Shown one piece after another: positions 48,376 to 59,800 of a stretch of DNA of 64,000 nt. Both the position numbers and the translations under genes were made by a program. The notes beneath the pieces were generated by a model. The model searched no databases and was not told where the DNA came from. It saw nothing but the letters and a program-made list of their open reading frames with translations. Numbering within the stretch: the first letter of the stretch is position 1; each line of letters begins with the position of its first letter. Source of the stretch: Emiliania huxleyi CCMP1516 (Eukaryota); contig NW_005201338.1 in assembly GCF_000372725.1 (NCBI RefSeq), positions 104,041 through 168,040 on the forward strand, given 5' to 3'.

Positions 48376-49494
48376 TCAGCGCCGCGAGGCGTGGAGGTGG
48401 TGCTGGAAGAGGATGCACTTGCCGATCGGGTGGTCGAGTCGCCAGCCGTGCCCGGCGTCGTCCTCCGGCCGCAGGAACGAGTTTGCCTCGGCGCGGAGGG
48501 CGACGAAGTCGGTCGACGGGGAGACGGGCTCGCCCTCCCGGAAGCGCGCGCCGGTGAGCGGGTGGACGACCCCGGCGCCGCTCGCGAGGTTCCCGACCAC
48601 CTTCATCACGTTGCGCAGGTTGGCGTCCGACACCTTTGGAGAGAGCCACTCCTCCATCTCGCACAGCCACTCGTCCGCCGCGCTGAGCGAGGCCAGCTGC
48701 GCCGCCGTCAGCGCCGGCGCCGCCTTGCCTCCACGCCCCTTTGCCGCCGCCGGCCTGCGCCGCGACTGCCGCCTCAGCCGGTCCGCCTCCGCCTCTGCGC
48801 GGTCGAGCGAGCGGTCGGCAGAGCGGGCGGCGGCGGGCGGCGGGCGGGTGGCGATCCGCGAGGAGGCGCGACGGTTCTCGAACGCCTCCTGCAGCCGCGC
48901 CGCCCGCTCGGCCGCCAGCTGCGCCGCCCGCTCTGCCCGAGCGGCCAGCTCCTCGGGACTAGGCGGAGGCCGCCGCGTGAGGGAGGGGCCGTCGAGCCCG
49001 AGCGCCGCAAGCGCCGCCTGGTTCTGGGCGATGTTGCGCTCGCGCTCGAGCTCGTACGCCGACTTGGACTCGCCGTCCGGCGCCGCGGCGGGCTCGACTT
49101 TCGGTGCGGGCTCGGGCGCGGGAGGAGACGCGTCCGACTGGCGGCGCCGCTTGCGGCCCGTCGCGGGCTCGGCCACCGCTTTGCGCGCCGGCTGCTCCTT
49201 CGCCGCTGAGCCGGGCGCTGGCTGCGTCTTCGCCGCTGACCCGGGCGCGTGCCACGAGAGCAGCCCGGCGGCCTCCTGCTCCGCGAGTCGCGTGGGAACC
49301 CTCTCTCCATCCTCGTAGAAGATGGTGTGCATCCGGGTCGCGGCGTCGAAAGACTCAACCTCGCCCTTGTGGTAGTGCTTCTGCTTGCCGCGTGGCTCGA
49401 TCCACTTTACCCAAACGGGCTTCCCGACGTTCTCGTCGCGCTCGGTGGTGCTGGTGAAGCCGCGCTTCACCATATGTCTAGGTTTGTGTGGCAA
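48376..49494 (-). CDS. Nuclear protein with a Tudor-like N-terminal domain and a YELERERNIAQN motif
   Basis: VGKPVWVKW...YHKGEVESFD...HTIFYEDGE, basic NLS-like RKRRR and a C-terminal GHGWRLDHPIGK block. Confidence 0.7.
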   Translation of the reverse strand: MPHKPRHMVKRGFTSTTERDENVGKPVWVKWIEPRGKQKHYHKGEVESFDAATRMHTIFYEDGERVPTRLAEQEAAGLLSWHAPGSAAKTQPAPGSAAKEQPARKAVAEPATGRKRRRQSDASPPAPEPAPKVEPAAAPDGESKSAYELERERNIAQNQAALAALGLDGPSLTRRPPPSPEELAARAERAAQLAAERAARLQEAFENRRASSRIATRPPPAAARSADRSLDRAEAEADRLRRQSRRRPAAAKGRGGKAAPALTAAQLASLSAADEWLCEMEEWLSPKVSDANLRNVMKVVGNLASGAGVVHPLTGARFREGEPVSPSTDFVALRAEANSFLRPEDDAGHGWRLDHPIGKCILFQHHLHASRR

Positions 49495-49611
49495 ATCAAC
49501 ACAGATGATGTGGTTTTCGCGCTTTTGGTTTTCGCGCTTTTGGTGCTTCCCGCCTTTTGGTTTCTTTCTTTTTTGAGAGACCTTTTAAGAATTCTTTTTT
49601 TGCATTCGATA

Positions 49612-49680
49612 CAGCGTCCACCCATACCGCGTTGGTGTCCAGTCCGAGCCTGGCTGTTCTTCACCTTCCTACATACATAC
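49612..49680 (+). repeat. Short dispersed repeat family E with (TACA)n tail; uninterrupted paralogue of 19977-20503
   Basis: Its reverse complement matches 19977-20003 joined to 20462-20503 with 2 mismatches. Confidence 0.88.
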
Positions 49681-49776
49681 ATTCGATACATGCTCACCTA
49701 ACCTAATACATACAGAAACATCCTTCCCCCGTGCGCTTGCTACTTGCTCGCTGTGATTGTTTGAACACGCCAGCCT

Positions 49777-50186
49777 CCGTCCTGGTTGACGTGGCAGCTA
49801 GACTCTAGGAACTCGGTAGTTGTGACCCCCCTGAGTGAGGAGACAGGAGAGGGAGCTTTTGTGTGGTGTTGGTGTACGCAATAAGGGGACAGGGTGGTTG
49901 TTCTCTCTATCTCCCCTTCGAGCTCTTAGCATGAGCTGCGCCCTGTGTCCGACCCCTTTTGCGCAGCAACACCATATCCATAAACTTTAGGCCCTCCAAA
50001 ATTCGGGTCGGAGCGTAGCGGAGAGGGCCCCGAGTTTGAAAAGGGCGACGGACGCTTGCGTCCTAGCCTCCAACAAGCGCAACAACGCCTCCCCGGCGCA
50101 GAGCGGGCCCCCGGAGCGGATGCACAACCGCTCCTCGCCACGCCGCGCCTCTTCCCAGCTTCCGCTGAGGGCCCATGCGTTATTTC
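49777..50186. repeat. Dispersed repeat family C, copy 2
   Basis: Colinear with 31392-31785. Confidence 0.93.
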
Positions 50187-50194
50187 TTTAATTA

Positions 50195-50477
50195 ATCGTT
50201 GAGCAGCGACGGCATCGCTCCAGAGCGCCTCTTCGACCCACACGACGTACCTAAACTATATAAACCGCACACGACCGCGGTGAGACCAGTGCGTCTCCTC
50301 ACACCGACAACACCCTCCCAGGCTCGCCGTCGCGCACCTGCCCGCACGCGGCAGCGCCACGCTCAGCTCTGCCGTCACGAGAAGCATCGGTGCCGACCAG
50401 ACTGCGGGTGCGATGACCAGCGCGGCGAGGGAGAGGAAGGGACCTCCCAGAGGTACGATCTCCTCCACGCCAATGGT
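50195..50477 (-). pseudogene. Two-exon fragment of an APC/LAT-family (PUT-like) polyamine or amino-acid permease
   Basis: Spliced across intron 50251-50337 it reads PIGVEEIVPLGGPFLSL...WSAPMLLVTAELSVALPRAGRYVVWVEEAL. Truncated at both ends. Confidence 0.7.
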
Positions 50478-52768
50478 TGGGTAGTAGGGCTAGAGGGTCG
50501 CTCTACACTTACTTACCTTACATAGCCTCTGCAGCGCGAGCGAGCGCTCAACTTAGCCCCCGCACGGAGCCGGGCTCAGACTTAGACGCTGTATGGTCGG
50601 GGGCCATGAACTTAGACGACACAAGGCCAACTCCGGGTATCAGTAACCAGCCTCCGGCGGGGCCCCCCGCTACCATCCAAACCCGAGCACCGGTCTACTA
50701 ATCATAGATAGAGGCTCAAGTGTGACATATAAAAGTCCACACACATACGACATACACATACACAAAGCAACTCTCACGACACACACACGGGCACCGGGTG
50801 GAGCGGCGGCGGCGGCGGCAGCAGCACGCGCGGGCGGACGGATTCGGACGGGGCGGAGCAGCGACCGCCTGGGCGGCCGCTGCTCTGCCAGAGCGCGCCG
50901 TCTGCGCAGCTCGAGCGCCGTCAGGTGCAGGGAAGCGTGGCGGCGCGGGGACGCGCGGCGGCGGTGGCGAGCAGGCGAGCGGCCCGCGCGCGGCGAGGCG
51001 GACAGGAGATCGGCAGGCGGGTGACGGCGGAGAGTAAACGCGCCCAGCGATCGGAGACGAGCCGATCGTCGCTCGGCCGCAGCTGACCTCGAAGGCGTGC
51101 GGAGCGCGACTGTTGGTGTCGGGGGGCGGCCGTCATGTGGCGAGGAGGGAGGACGACAAGTGCGCGTCGTAGCTACGGGTCGCTCTTCATCGGCCAGTCG
51201 AGCGGCACTCAAGTCGAGACCGAGCATGGGCGACGAAAAGCCGGTGGGGCCGGTGGGAGGTAGGACGAGATTCGTTTCGCGCTTTCAAAAGCGGCTTCGC
51301 GCGCAGCGCAACTTTGGGTTTGCCACGAAAAGCGTCCCCAGTGGAAATGGGGGCTACTGGGGCGGCCAATTCACACCTCGCGGGACTACTTATGTTTTCG
51401 TAAACGTAGTTGTGGCCCCCCGCTACGTCGCACGAGTGCAACCGGGTAGCGGGGGGCTAAAACCGGGTATACCTGAAAAGCTCGAGGTTTACCCGAAAAA
51501 TACCTGGACCGTCCCGACAACGTATGCCGCGCACGACGCACGACGCCATATCGCCAGGGCCAGTGCGCTACTTGCGGCGCGCAACGCCTGCTCAAGTACG
51601 CGCACCGTACCATGTGCTGCCGCTATGCGTGCCTTAAGGCGGCTGCGGCGAAGCGGCGGGCGCGGCATGCCGATGGCAGCGCGGACGATGCGGTTGCGAT
51701 GTGTTCTGCTTCAAGATCGTGGCGGTGCTTGGCATGCACTTCTGCGATCCCAATCAGCTCATCGCAACGAAGCAGCGCAACAAGCTGGCTGCTGCCAACA
51801 AGGCCCTATGCTACCTCACGCGCGGATCGTTCAAAGAGGACCAGCATACACAGAGGCTTCTCTGACACGCGTCTGTTTAGCGTTGAGGCTATTTGTGAGA
51901 ACTGTTTGGCTAGAAGTCGCCGAACATTGCGCTCAGGAGGCAGGCAGGCAGCAACGAGAACCGGAAGAGGAGGATGCTGAGGCGGCGATTGCTGAGCATG
52001 AGGAGGATCGATCGCCCGCCGCAGGCGAAGAAAATTTGGGGGCTGTGCCGATGTTGATCACGGGCGTTGATCACGGTGGGAGCCTCTTGGCCCCAGGCCG
52101 TGCCACGGCCGACTTAGCCGATGTAAGAGGCTCTCGCTGATCTTAGACCGCGTAAGCACCCCAGCGTGACTAGTCACACTTAGACCCGCAAGGCCTCGAG
52201 GCTCAGAACTTAGACTACTACCCAACTAGTAGCAGATAGTAGCTGGACACCTGTAGGCGCGGACCGTGGGAGAAGAGTGCAGCCATCGCAAGCAAGTGTG
52301 CCCCGAGTGTGGACTCGGAGGTGTGTGTGCGTGTAAAACACAACGGGCGGGGGCACGCAGCACGGTGTGAGGGTCGGTAAATACATCAGGCGGGGCACGC
52401 ACAGGAGCACGCGTGCCGACGCCGAACGACGACGCGACGACGACGCGAGCGACGTGGCGCCGCCGTATTCTTTCGAGCTGGTACCTAGGTACCTGTGAGT
52501 GCCAGTGCGCGCCAGTCCCGTGCCCAGTGTCGTGCGAGGGAGTTTTGTTGGAAAATTCTTTCGAGCTAGGAAATTTTAACCGCCACCAAGAGGAGAGGGT
52601 GTGGGTGCGGGGTGGGAACCAAAAGAGATGGCCCAGCCGGAGCGCGGAGGGCTGGCGCCGTCAGAGAGGATGGATGGAGCGGCCACAGAGGTGGCGCGGC
52701 ATCAGGTCCCATGAGCAGGGAAGGAGCGCAGCGAGAGCGCCGCGCATGAGGAGCAAGTTTCGCGTTTG

Positions 52769-53045
52769 GGTCCCTTGTAGTCACACACACACACATGCGC
52801 ACCCCGCACCCCGCGCCCGCGCGCACGCCCACCGCCCCGCCTAGGTGGGAAAGAGACGAGGAGATGGAGCAGCCCGACAAGCAAGGAGAAGCCTTTAAGT
52901 AGGTGCGCCACGCTGCGTTTCTCACTTTCCGGGACAGGTCCGCCCTTGCGAGGCAGGAAAGTGACGGCTACCCCGTACGCCCTGACATCTATCTTGTATG
53001 TATCTACTTATTACCCCTTCGCCGACCGCCCATCCCCCATTCCCC
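52769..53045. repeat. Dispersed repeat family D, copy 2
   Basis: Colinear with 26697-26980. Confidence 0.88.
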
Positions 53046-53539
53046 TCTCCAACCTCGACGAGCACACTCCCGTATCTAGATACAGCCTGAACCCAACACA
53101 CAAAAAACCGACATGTCAGGTGTATTTATTTTTTGCTTGGGCGGGCATCATGCTGAAATTCTGCAAAAACCCGGCCGGCCTCTCCCCTGCCCCTACCTAC
53201 CTACCTACCTACCTACCTACCTTACTTATGGGAAACTAAAAAAAGAAATCACTCGATAGGTGAAGGTGGGGTACTATACCAACTAGAGTGATGGTTGGTG
53301 GTACTCTCCTGCAACCACAGTCCTTCTTGTGACATGGCAGGCAGGCCACTCTCAAGCAGCCCTACCTACAAGCATCAGATCACCCATTTGGGGAGGGTTG
53401 ACATCGTGATTTCCGCGGGATTTTTTTTTGAAAATTCCAGCTTGAAGAGAGGGAAAAACCCGACGGGAGGGCCCAGACCTACCCTACCTACCCGGCATGA
53501 TGCCCGAAAGCAAAAAATAAATACATCGGCACTGTGTGT

Positions 53540-55327
53540 ATGTCGGCTCCCAGCATGGAGCCTCACTCGCCACGCCGCCGACGCGCCGGCGAGAGCAGCA
53601 GCGGCGGCGGCGGCAGCAGCGCGTCTCACGCCCCGCGCTCGGGCGCCGACCAGCGCCACGACGGCGGCCGCGGCGGTGACACGGCTCGCGGCGGCGGCGG
53701 CGGCGGTGGCAGCAGCAGCAGCAGCACCGGAGCCAGTCCCAGCGCATGCAGAGGTCTCCGCCAGGTCGGCAGCTACACGCTCCTCGAGGTGATTGGGCAG
53801 GGCACCTTTGGCGAGGTGCTGCTCGGGGTGGAGCGCTGCACGCGCGAGCCGGTCGCCGTCAAGGCTCTTGAGCGGTGCAAGATCTGCGATGAGGACTCGC
53901 GCGAGCGGCTGGCGAACGAGATCTCCATCTTGCACCGCGTGCACCACGCGAACCTGCTCCAGCTGCTCGAGGTGGTCGAGGAGGTCGACGCCATCTACCT
54001 CGTCACGGAGCACGTCGGCGGCGGCGAGCTCTTCGCGCACATCGTCAAGAAGGGGCGGCTCGGCGAGGCGGAGGCGGCGCGGCTCTTCGGGCAGATGGTT
54101 GCTGCGGTGGAGTCGTGCCACCGCAACCTCGTCATCCACCGCGACCTCAAGCCGGAGAACGTCCTCCTCGACGCCCGCGGCGACATCAAGGTGATCGACT
54201 TTGGGCTCGGCACCATCCTCTCCTCCCCCGAGGAGGTGCTCGACGTCGCTTGCGGCTCTCCGCACTACGCCGCGCCAGAGATGCTCCTCGGCGGCGGCTA
54301 CCTCGGCCAGCGAGTCGACCTCTGGTCGCTCGGCGTCTGCCTCTACGCGATGCTCTGCGGCTGCCTCCCCTTCGACGAGCCAGACATGGACGCGCTCTAC
54401 GACCGCATCATCGGAGTCGACTTCGACTTTGCGCCCGCGCCAGGCCTCTCCGCGGCAGCAAAGGACCTGCTCTGCGGCCTGCTGCACATGCCTCCCGACG
54501 AGAGGATCACCGTGCGAGGCGTCCTCTCGCACAAGTGGCTGCGCGCCTCCTCTCCGTCGGTGCCCCCAACCCTCGGCTTGTGCGGCGCGCCGCTCGACCC
54601 GAACTGCCGCTCCCTCCTCCGCCGCATCGAGGCGGAGCACGGCCTCCCCCGCCACGAGGTCCTCACCGCCCTCCGGCGAGGGGAGAGGTCTGCCGCCACC
54701 GCAGTCTACTGGCTCCTCCGCCAGCAAGAGGTCTCCCGCGGCTCCATGGTCCCGCACCAGGCACTCCTCCCCCGCCCGCCGCCGCACCGGCCGCCCCACC
54801 ACCGCCGCCGGCCCGTCCCGCCACACCTCCTCCGGGCGGCGGCCCGCGCCCAGGCCGCCGTCCAGCCGCTGCCGCCGCTGCCCCCCTTGGCGCTCGGGGG
54901 CGGGGGGGGTGGCGGAGGGGGTGGCCGAGGGGCGGGGCACTTGTTGCTCGGAGGACCGGCGGCGAAGCCAGCTCCTCTGTCTGCGCGGGGAGGCGGCGCC
55001 GAGGGCGCGCGGCAGGCGAGGCCGGTGGCGCGGCCGGAGGAGGTTGCGAGGAGGGCGAGGGAGGAGAGGGGGGCCATCGTGCACGCCTCGGGCGCGCTGA
55101 CGGACCGCTCAGAGAGGCGGGGCGGGGGACGGCGCGCACAGCTCGTCTGCGGGGCGGCGGGCGCAGCGGGCGCCTCCGGCGGCGGCGGCGCCTGCACCTC
55201 GCTGCGTGCGGCGCCCGTCCTCTCCCCGCGGACGGGACACGTGCCGCGAGGCGTGGCCGCGGGGCTCCTGCACGCGGAGCAGCCTGTCCGGGCCGCGCCG
55301 CTGCAAGTTGGGAGGGCTTCTTGGTGA
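53540..55327 (+). CDS. SNF1/AMPK/MARK-like (CAMK group) Ser/Thr kinase, apparently intronless
   Basis: Motifs IGQGTFG, VAVK, HRDLKPEN, DFG, CGSPHYAAPE and DLWSLGV, with a UBA-like segment after the kinase domain. Confidence 0.92.
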   Translation: MSAPSMEPHSPRRRRAGESSSGGGGSSASHAPRSGADQRHDGGRGGDTARGGGGGGGSSSSSTGASPSACRGLRQVGSYTLLEVIGQGTFGEVLLGVERCTREPVAVKALERCKICDEDSRERLANEISILHRVHHANLLQLLEVVEEVDAIYLVTEHVGGGELFAHIVKKGRLGEAEAARLFGQMVAAVESCHRNLVIHRDLKPENVLLDARGDIKVIDFGLGTILSSPEEVLDVACGSPHYAAPEMLLGGGYLGQRVDLWSLGVCLYAMLCGCLPFDEPDMDALYDRIIGVDFDFAPAPGLSAAAKDLLCGLLHMPPDERITVRGVLSHKWLRASSPSVPPTLGLCGAPLDPNCRSLLRRIEAEHGLPRHEVLTALRRGERSAATAVYWLLRQQEVSRGSMVPHQALLPRPPPHRPPHHRRRPVPPHLLRAAARAQAAVQPLPPLPPLALGGGGGGGGGGRGAGHLLLGGPAAKPAPLSARGGGAEGARQARPVARPEEVARRAREERGAIVHASGALTDRSERRGGGRRAQLVCGAAGAAGASGGGGACTSLRAAPVLSPRTGHVPRGVAAGLLHAEQPVRAAPLQVGRASW

Positions 55328-56883
55328 CCTGGGCGGCCGTGAAGCGCACGCCTCGTGGAATGTGACATGCCGTGTATATTGTGGGCCGCCGCGCGCCGCT
55401 GCCGCGCGGAGTTTGCGGGGCCCGAGTATCCCGCGTTTGGTCTCGTCTAGCTTGATCTTCAGTCTTCAGACGTCTCGGTTGCATGCATGTGAGATCTTGT
55501 GTGCATGTCCATTGTGTGTGTGTCGCGGGCCGGGGGTCCAACATCGCAATCCATGTGTCGTCGTGTGTGTGTTACCGCCGAATGAATGAGTGTACACATG
55601 CAGATAATTAATGTCATCCAAACTACAGTGACAGTGATCAGTGTGACATGTATGTCCTCACTCCTCTGAGCTCTCTCTCCGCTCTCGGGGTTCGCACGCG
55701 ATACAGAGCGGAAATGACGCATTCAGCTTTCAGGGGCAAGCGCCTGCCACGGCACGACCAGAGAGAGCTGTCGACACTATGAAAGACCGCTTAGTACGAT
55801 CATCACGGCCACGAGTGTTCCACCCGCCGCCACCGCCCCACCAACGACCACGCCGATAAGAAGCTGCGCTGTTGACACCTGCCTTCGTTGCCAAACCTGC
55901 TGCAACCTCTGAACGAAGGTAAGGCTTTGGCTGGTTGCATCACCTCGGAGGTGGTTGCGCTTCCCACTGGGCGTCTCTGTCTCGACAAACACTTTGATTT
56001 TGTTGGCGTCCTTCACCACGCGCAGCATTGGACGTCCCGCGTTGCAAGATCCACGTGGCTTCTGTGCGCCCCGTTGTCACGCTACTCAAGCGAATTGACA
56101 CAAAAAGGGCACCGGGACCGGGCGGGTCGCGCCTTAAAAGCGGGCTCCTCTGCTTCGTATAACCGCAGCCGCTCCTCGCTGCTCGGCGGGTGGGCGGGTA
56201 CCAGGCTAGTCTCCCCCCCAATCCCCAGGGCCTCCAGGGCTCGCACCTCAACCTCTCATAGACCAGCGCAAAGCGCCATAGGACGTATCTTCTTGTCAAT
56301 AACAATGCCTGCGAAGAAGTCTCCTTTCGTTTGGGGGCCTCCATCCAGCCAGGGCTCATAGATAGACTAACATAGACCAGCGCGCAGCGCCCATAGGAGG
56401 TATTTCCTTCTCAATGACAAGGTCTGTGAACAGAGATCAGAGTCGTCAGCTGGAAGCAATTCGAGATCCTCGATCGGCCCGGAAAAGAAAGAATGTTCAG
56501 TGCTTCGCTAGACGCTAGACTGGTCACTGGAGCGCACTGGCCACCCGCCACCCGCCACCCGCCCCCCGCCCCCCGGCCTGATTGTCGTTGTCGAATTTTT
56601 ATACTTATATCCATATTTATTTTTGCATTTAGCGCTCTCAACAATGTGCCCGCGTGCCCAGACGAGTGAAAACCGAATTCCTATAGCTCGGCGGCCAAGC
56701 CGTGGCGTTATTTATATTGTCGTCCATTGTTGTCGTCGTGCGAGACGCGGGAGCGCTTTGTCGGATAAAATTCTTTTCTCTATCTCTGCACAAATGCGCG
56801 AAAAACGGCTGTCTCGACTCTTGTTCACGAGTGTGTAGTACACAGTTACGGCTGACGCCCGGGCGCCCGCACACGCGGAGGGG

Positions 56884-59800
56884 CTACCTCCCCATCGCGA
56901 GCAGCTCGCGCACCCCCTCGAGGAGCATTCTCTCCTGCGCGGCCGTGTCGGAGCGCGGCGCCTCCCACTTCCGTGAAAGGAGATCGTCCAGCATCCGCCG
57001 CACGGCGAGGATGAGCTCCGCCGCCTCTGGCGCGAGGCGGAAGCGGACCCACCCGTCGTCGATGCCAACCATGCCCGCCTTTGCGTCGTGCCGCAGCCGG
57101 CCGCCGAAGAGCAGCAGCGAGAGCGGCGGCACCGGCGTCGCCTCGCGCAGCATCACGGCGCCGGAGCCCGACTTGTGCGCCTCGCCGTAGACGCAATAGC
57201 TCGCCTTGAGGGCGGCGGCCTGCCGCGCGAGCACGCACGACGGGTGGAGCGAGGCGGAGCCGACGCCTGTGTCGTCCTTGATCTTGAGCTTGACCGGCGG
57301 AGGAGGAGCGTCCGCGTCGGCGCCGCGCCGCGCAGGCTTGCCGCCTGAGGGCAGCTCGACCTTCGCGCAGCGCGGCCACATCGCCCCGACGAGCAGCGCC
57401 TTGAGCAGCTCCGCGTCCTCGTGCGCCGCCGCGGCCTGCCGCCCGCCGCCGCCACGCGCCATCCCGATCTCGCGCAGCGCGGCGTGCAGCTCGTCCTTGG
57501 TGGCGCCGATCGCGTCGAGGGTGCGGGAGGAGAGGAAGTGCTGCTGGCAGAAGGCGGCGCGCTCCTTGGTCGACCGGATGGCCCGCCACGACTCGTACGC
57601 GTTGAGGAGAGTCAGGTGGTCCGACCCGCCCACCGCGAGCTGCAGCTTGGCGAGGTCGACCTCCGCGCGCACGCCGGGCGACCCGAACGGCGCGGCGAAG
57701 GGCGACTTGCAGGTGAGCGCGGCCGCGATCGTGGTGGCGGGGTCGGCGGCGCCGAGCATCGCACCGAGCAAGCAGAGCTTCCCGATGCGCACATCGAGCG
57801 GCAGCGCGGCGAGGTGGCAGCCGAGCGGCGTGAGCGCCTCCGACGTCGCCGCCTGGCCGGCAGCGCGGTCGACGGCGGGATCGAGAGCGCCGAGGGAGAC
57901 GAGCGTCGCGGTGGCGGAGCGGACCGCGCCGAGCGCCGGCGGCTGGGGCAGCGCGGCGAGCGTGTCGGCGATGAGCGCCTCGGGGAAGAGGCGCTTGGCG
58001 CGCAGCGCCGCCCGCTCGAGCGGCACGCGAAGGAGCTCGGGCGTCTGGAGACGGGGGTGTGGTGAGAGGTGTGGTGAGGGGTGGGGTGAGGGGTGGGGTG
58101 AGGGGTGGGGTGAGGGGTGGGGTGAGGGGTGGGGTCAGGTTTGGGGATCTGGCTAGGCACGCGGAGGAGAGCTCTGGCGTGCGGCGGCAGCTAGGCCCGG
58201 GGCCGGAGCGAAGACGGGTGGGGGTGGTGAGGGGAAGACGGGTGGGGGTGGTGAGGGGGGAAGGACGAGCTGGGAAGGACGAGCTCGAGTGCGAGTACCG
58301 ACCGGTCCAGTGGGAGCGCGCCTGCTGCGGCGGAAGAGCGGCGTAGCGGTGCGAGGAAACGAGGTGGATAGCGACGCCAGCGCGGACCCGCCCCGCGCGG
58401 CCGCGGCGCTGCGTCAGCGAGCCGCGAGGCGCGTAGTCCTCCTCGAGCCGCGTCAGCTTGCGGCGCGGGTCATACCGGTTCTCCTTGAAGCGCCCCGTGT
58501 CGATGACTGCGGTCACGTCGTCGACGGTGATGGACGTCTCCGCGATGTTTGTGGCGAGGACCACCTTGGTCAGCCCCTCGGGCGGCCGCGCGAAGCACTT
58601 GAGCTGCGCATCCGCCGAGAGACTGGAGTGGAGCGGCACCAACAGCAGCGGCAAGCCAGAAGCGCGCAATGCGTCCGCCAGCGTCTCAATTTCGCGCATC
58701 CCCGGCAAAAAGATTAGCAGCGCGCCCCCGACGACGTCGCTGTCTCCGCCGCCGCCGCCGCCGCCGCCCGCTAGCGCGCCCCCTCCCGCCTTCGCGCCTC
58801 GCCTCTTCTGGCCACGAGGCGCCGCTCGCTCCCACTCGCGCAAGTATTCTGCGCCGTAAAACTCCTCAAAGTCGGCGCGCGTGTATGAGACGCCGTCTGT
58901 GTCGACTCGCCTCTCCTCCTCCTCCGGCACCTCCGCGCGGGCCGGCGCAGGCAGCGGGACGAGCGCGTCGGCGCGGCCCGGGTGGCGCCCGCGCGCGGCG
59001 GCGCACTCCGAGATCGCGTCGGCGCGCGTGGCGAGCATCGCGACGAGGTCGACGATGAGGTCGTAGTCGATAGCACTCGGCTCGAGCGCGCCAAGCGCCG
59101 CGAGCGCCTCGCGGGAGAGAGTCGGGTACCTATTCGATCGGAGGGGCTTGCCGTCGGTGTAGCAACCTCTTGCCGCCTCGCGGGAGAGGGTCGGGCACCT
59201 GGCGCGGAGCGCCGGCGGCGAGAGGTGCTCGTCCTCCAACTCCTCCTCCGCCACGCCGGCGTCGCCGGCGTCCGCGTCCGTGTCAGAGTCGGCGTCGCCC
59301 CTGCCGCCTCCCTTGCCGCCTCCCTTGCCGCCTCCCTTGCCGCCCTTGCCGCCGCCCTTGCCGCCGCCCTTGCCGCCCCTCTTCGCCCACTCCGCGGTCG
59401 GCTCCACCTCGTGCCCGGTGAGCTCGAGGGCGTGCTCGAGGAACAGGGCAGTCACCTACGGGACATGTCCAGGACATGTCCAGGACATGTCCAGGTCAGA
59501 GTACGGCGTGCTCGAGGAAGAGGGCTATCACAGGAAAGGTGCGGCCCGGCACGCTCAAGACCGGCGCGCCGCCAAAGTAGTCTGCGAAGAGCTCCGCGGC
59601 GCCGCCGTCGAGCGAGGCGGACATGAGCAGCAGCTTGAGGTCGGGCCTCCGCGGCAGCAGGTTCCGCAGCACCATCAGCGCGAAGTCGCCGTCCTCGGAC
59701 CGCTCGTGCGCCTCGTCGACAATCACGTGCGAGACGCCGCGCAGCAGCGGCTCGTCGATCAGCCGCCGGAGCAGCACGCCCGTCGTGACGAAGCTGATCC

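Noticed and set aside
55777..56420. Small membrane-protein gene with a duplicated ~45-bp segment (56257 and 56371)
   Set aside because: No convincing start, exon chain or family could be established, although the duplication is visible.
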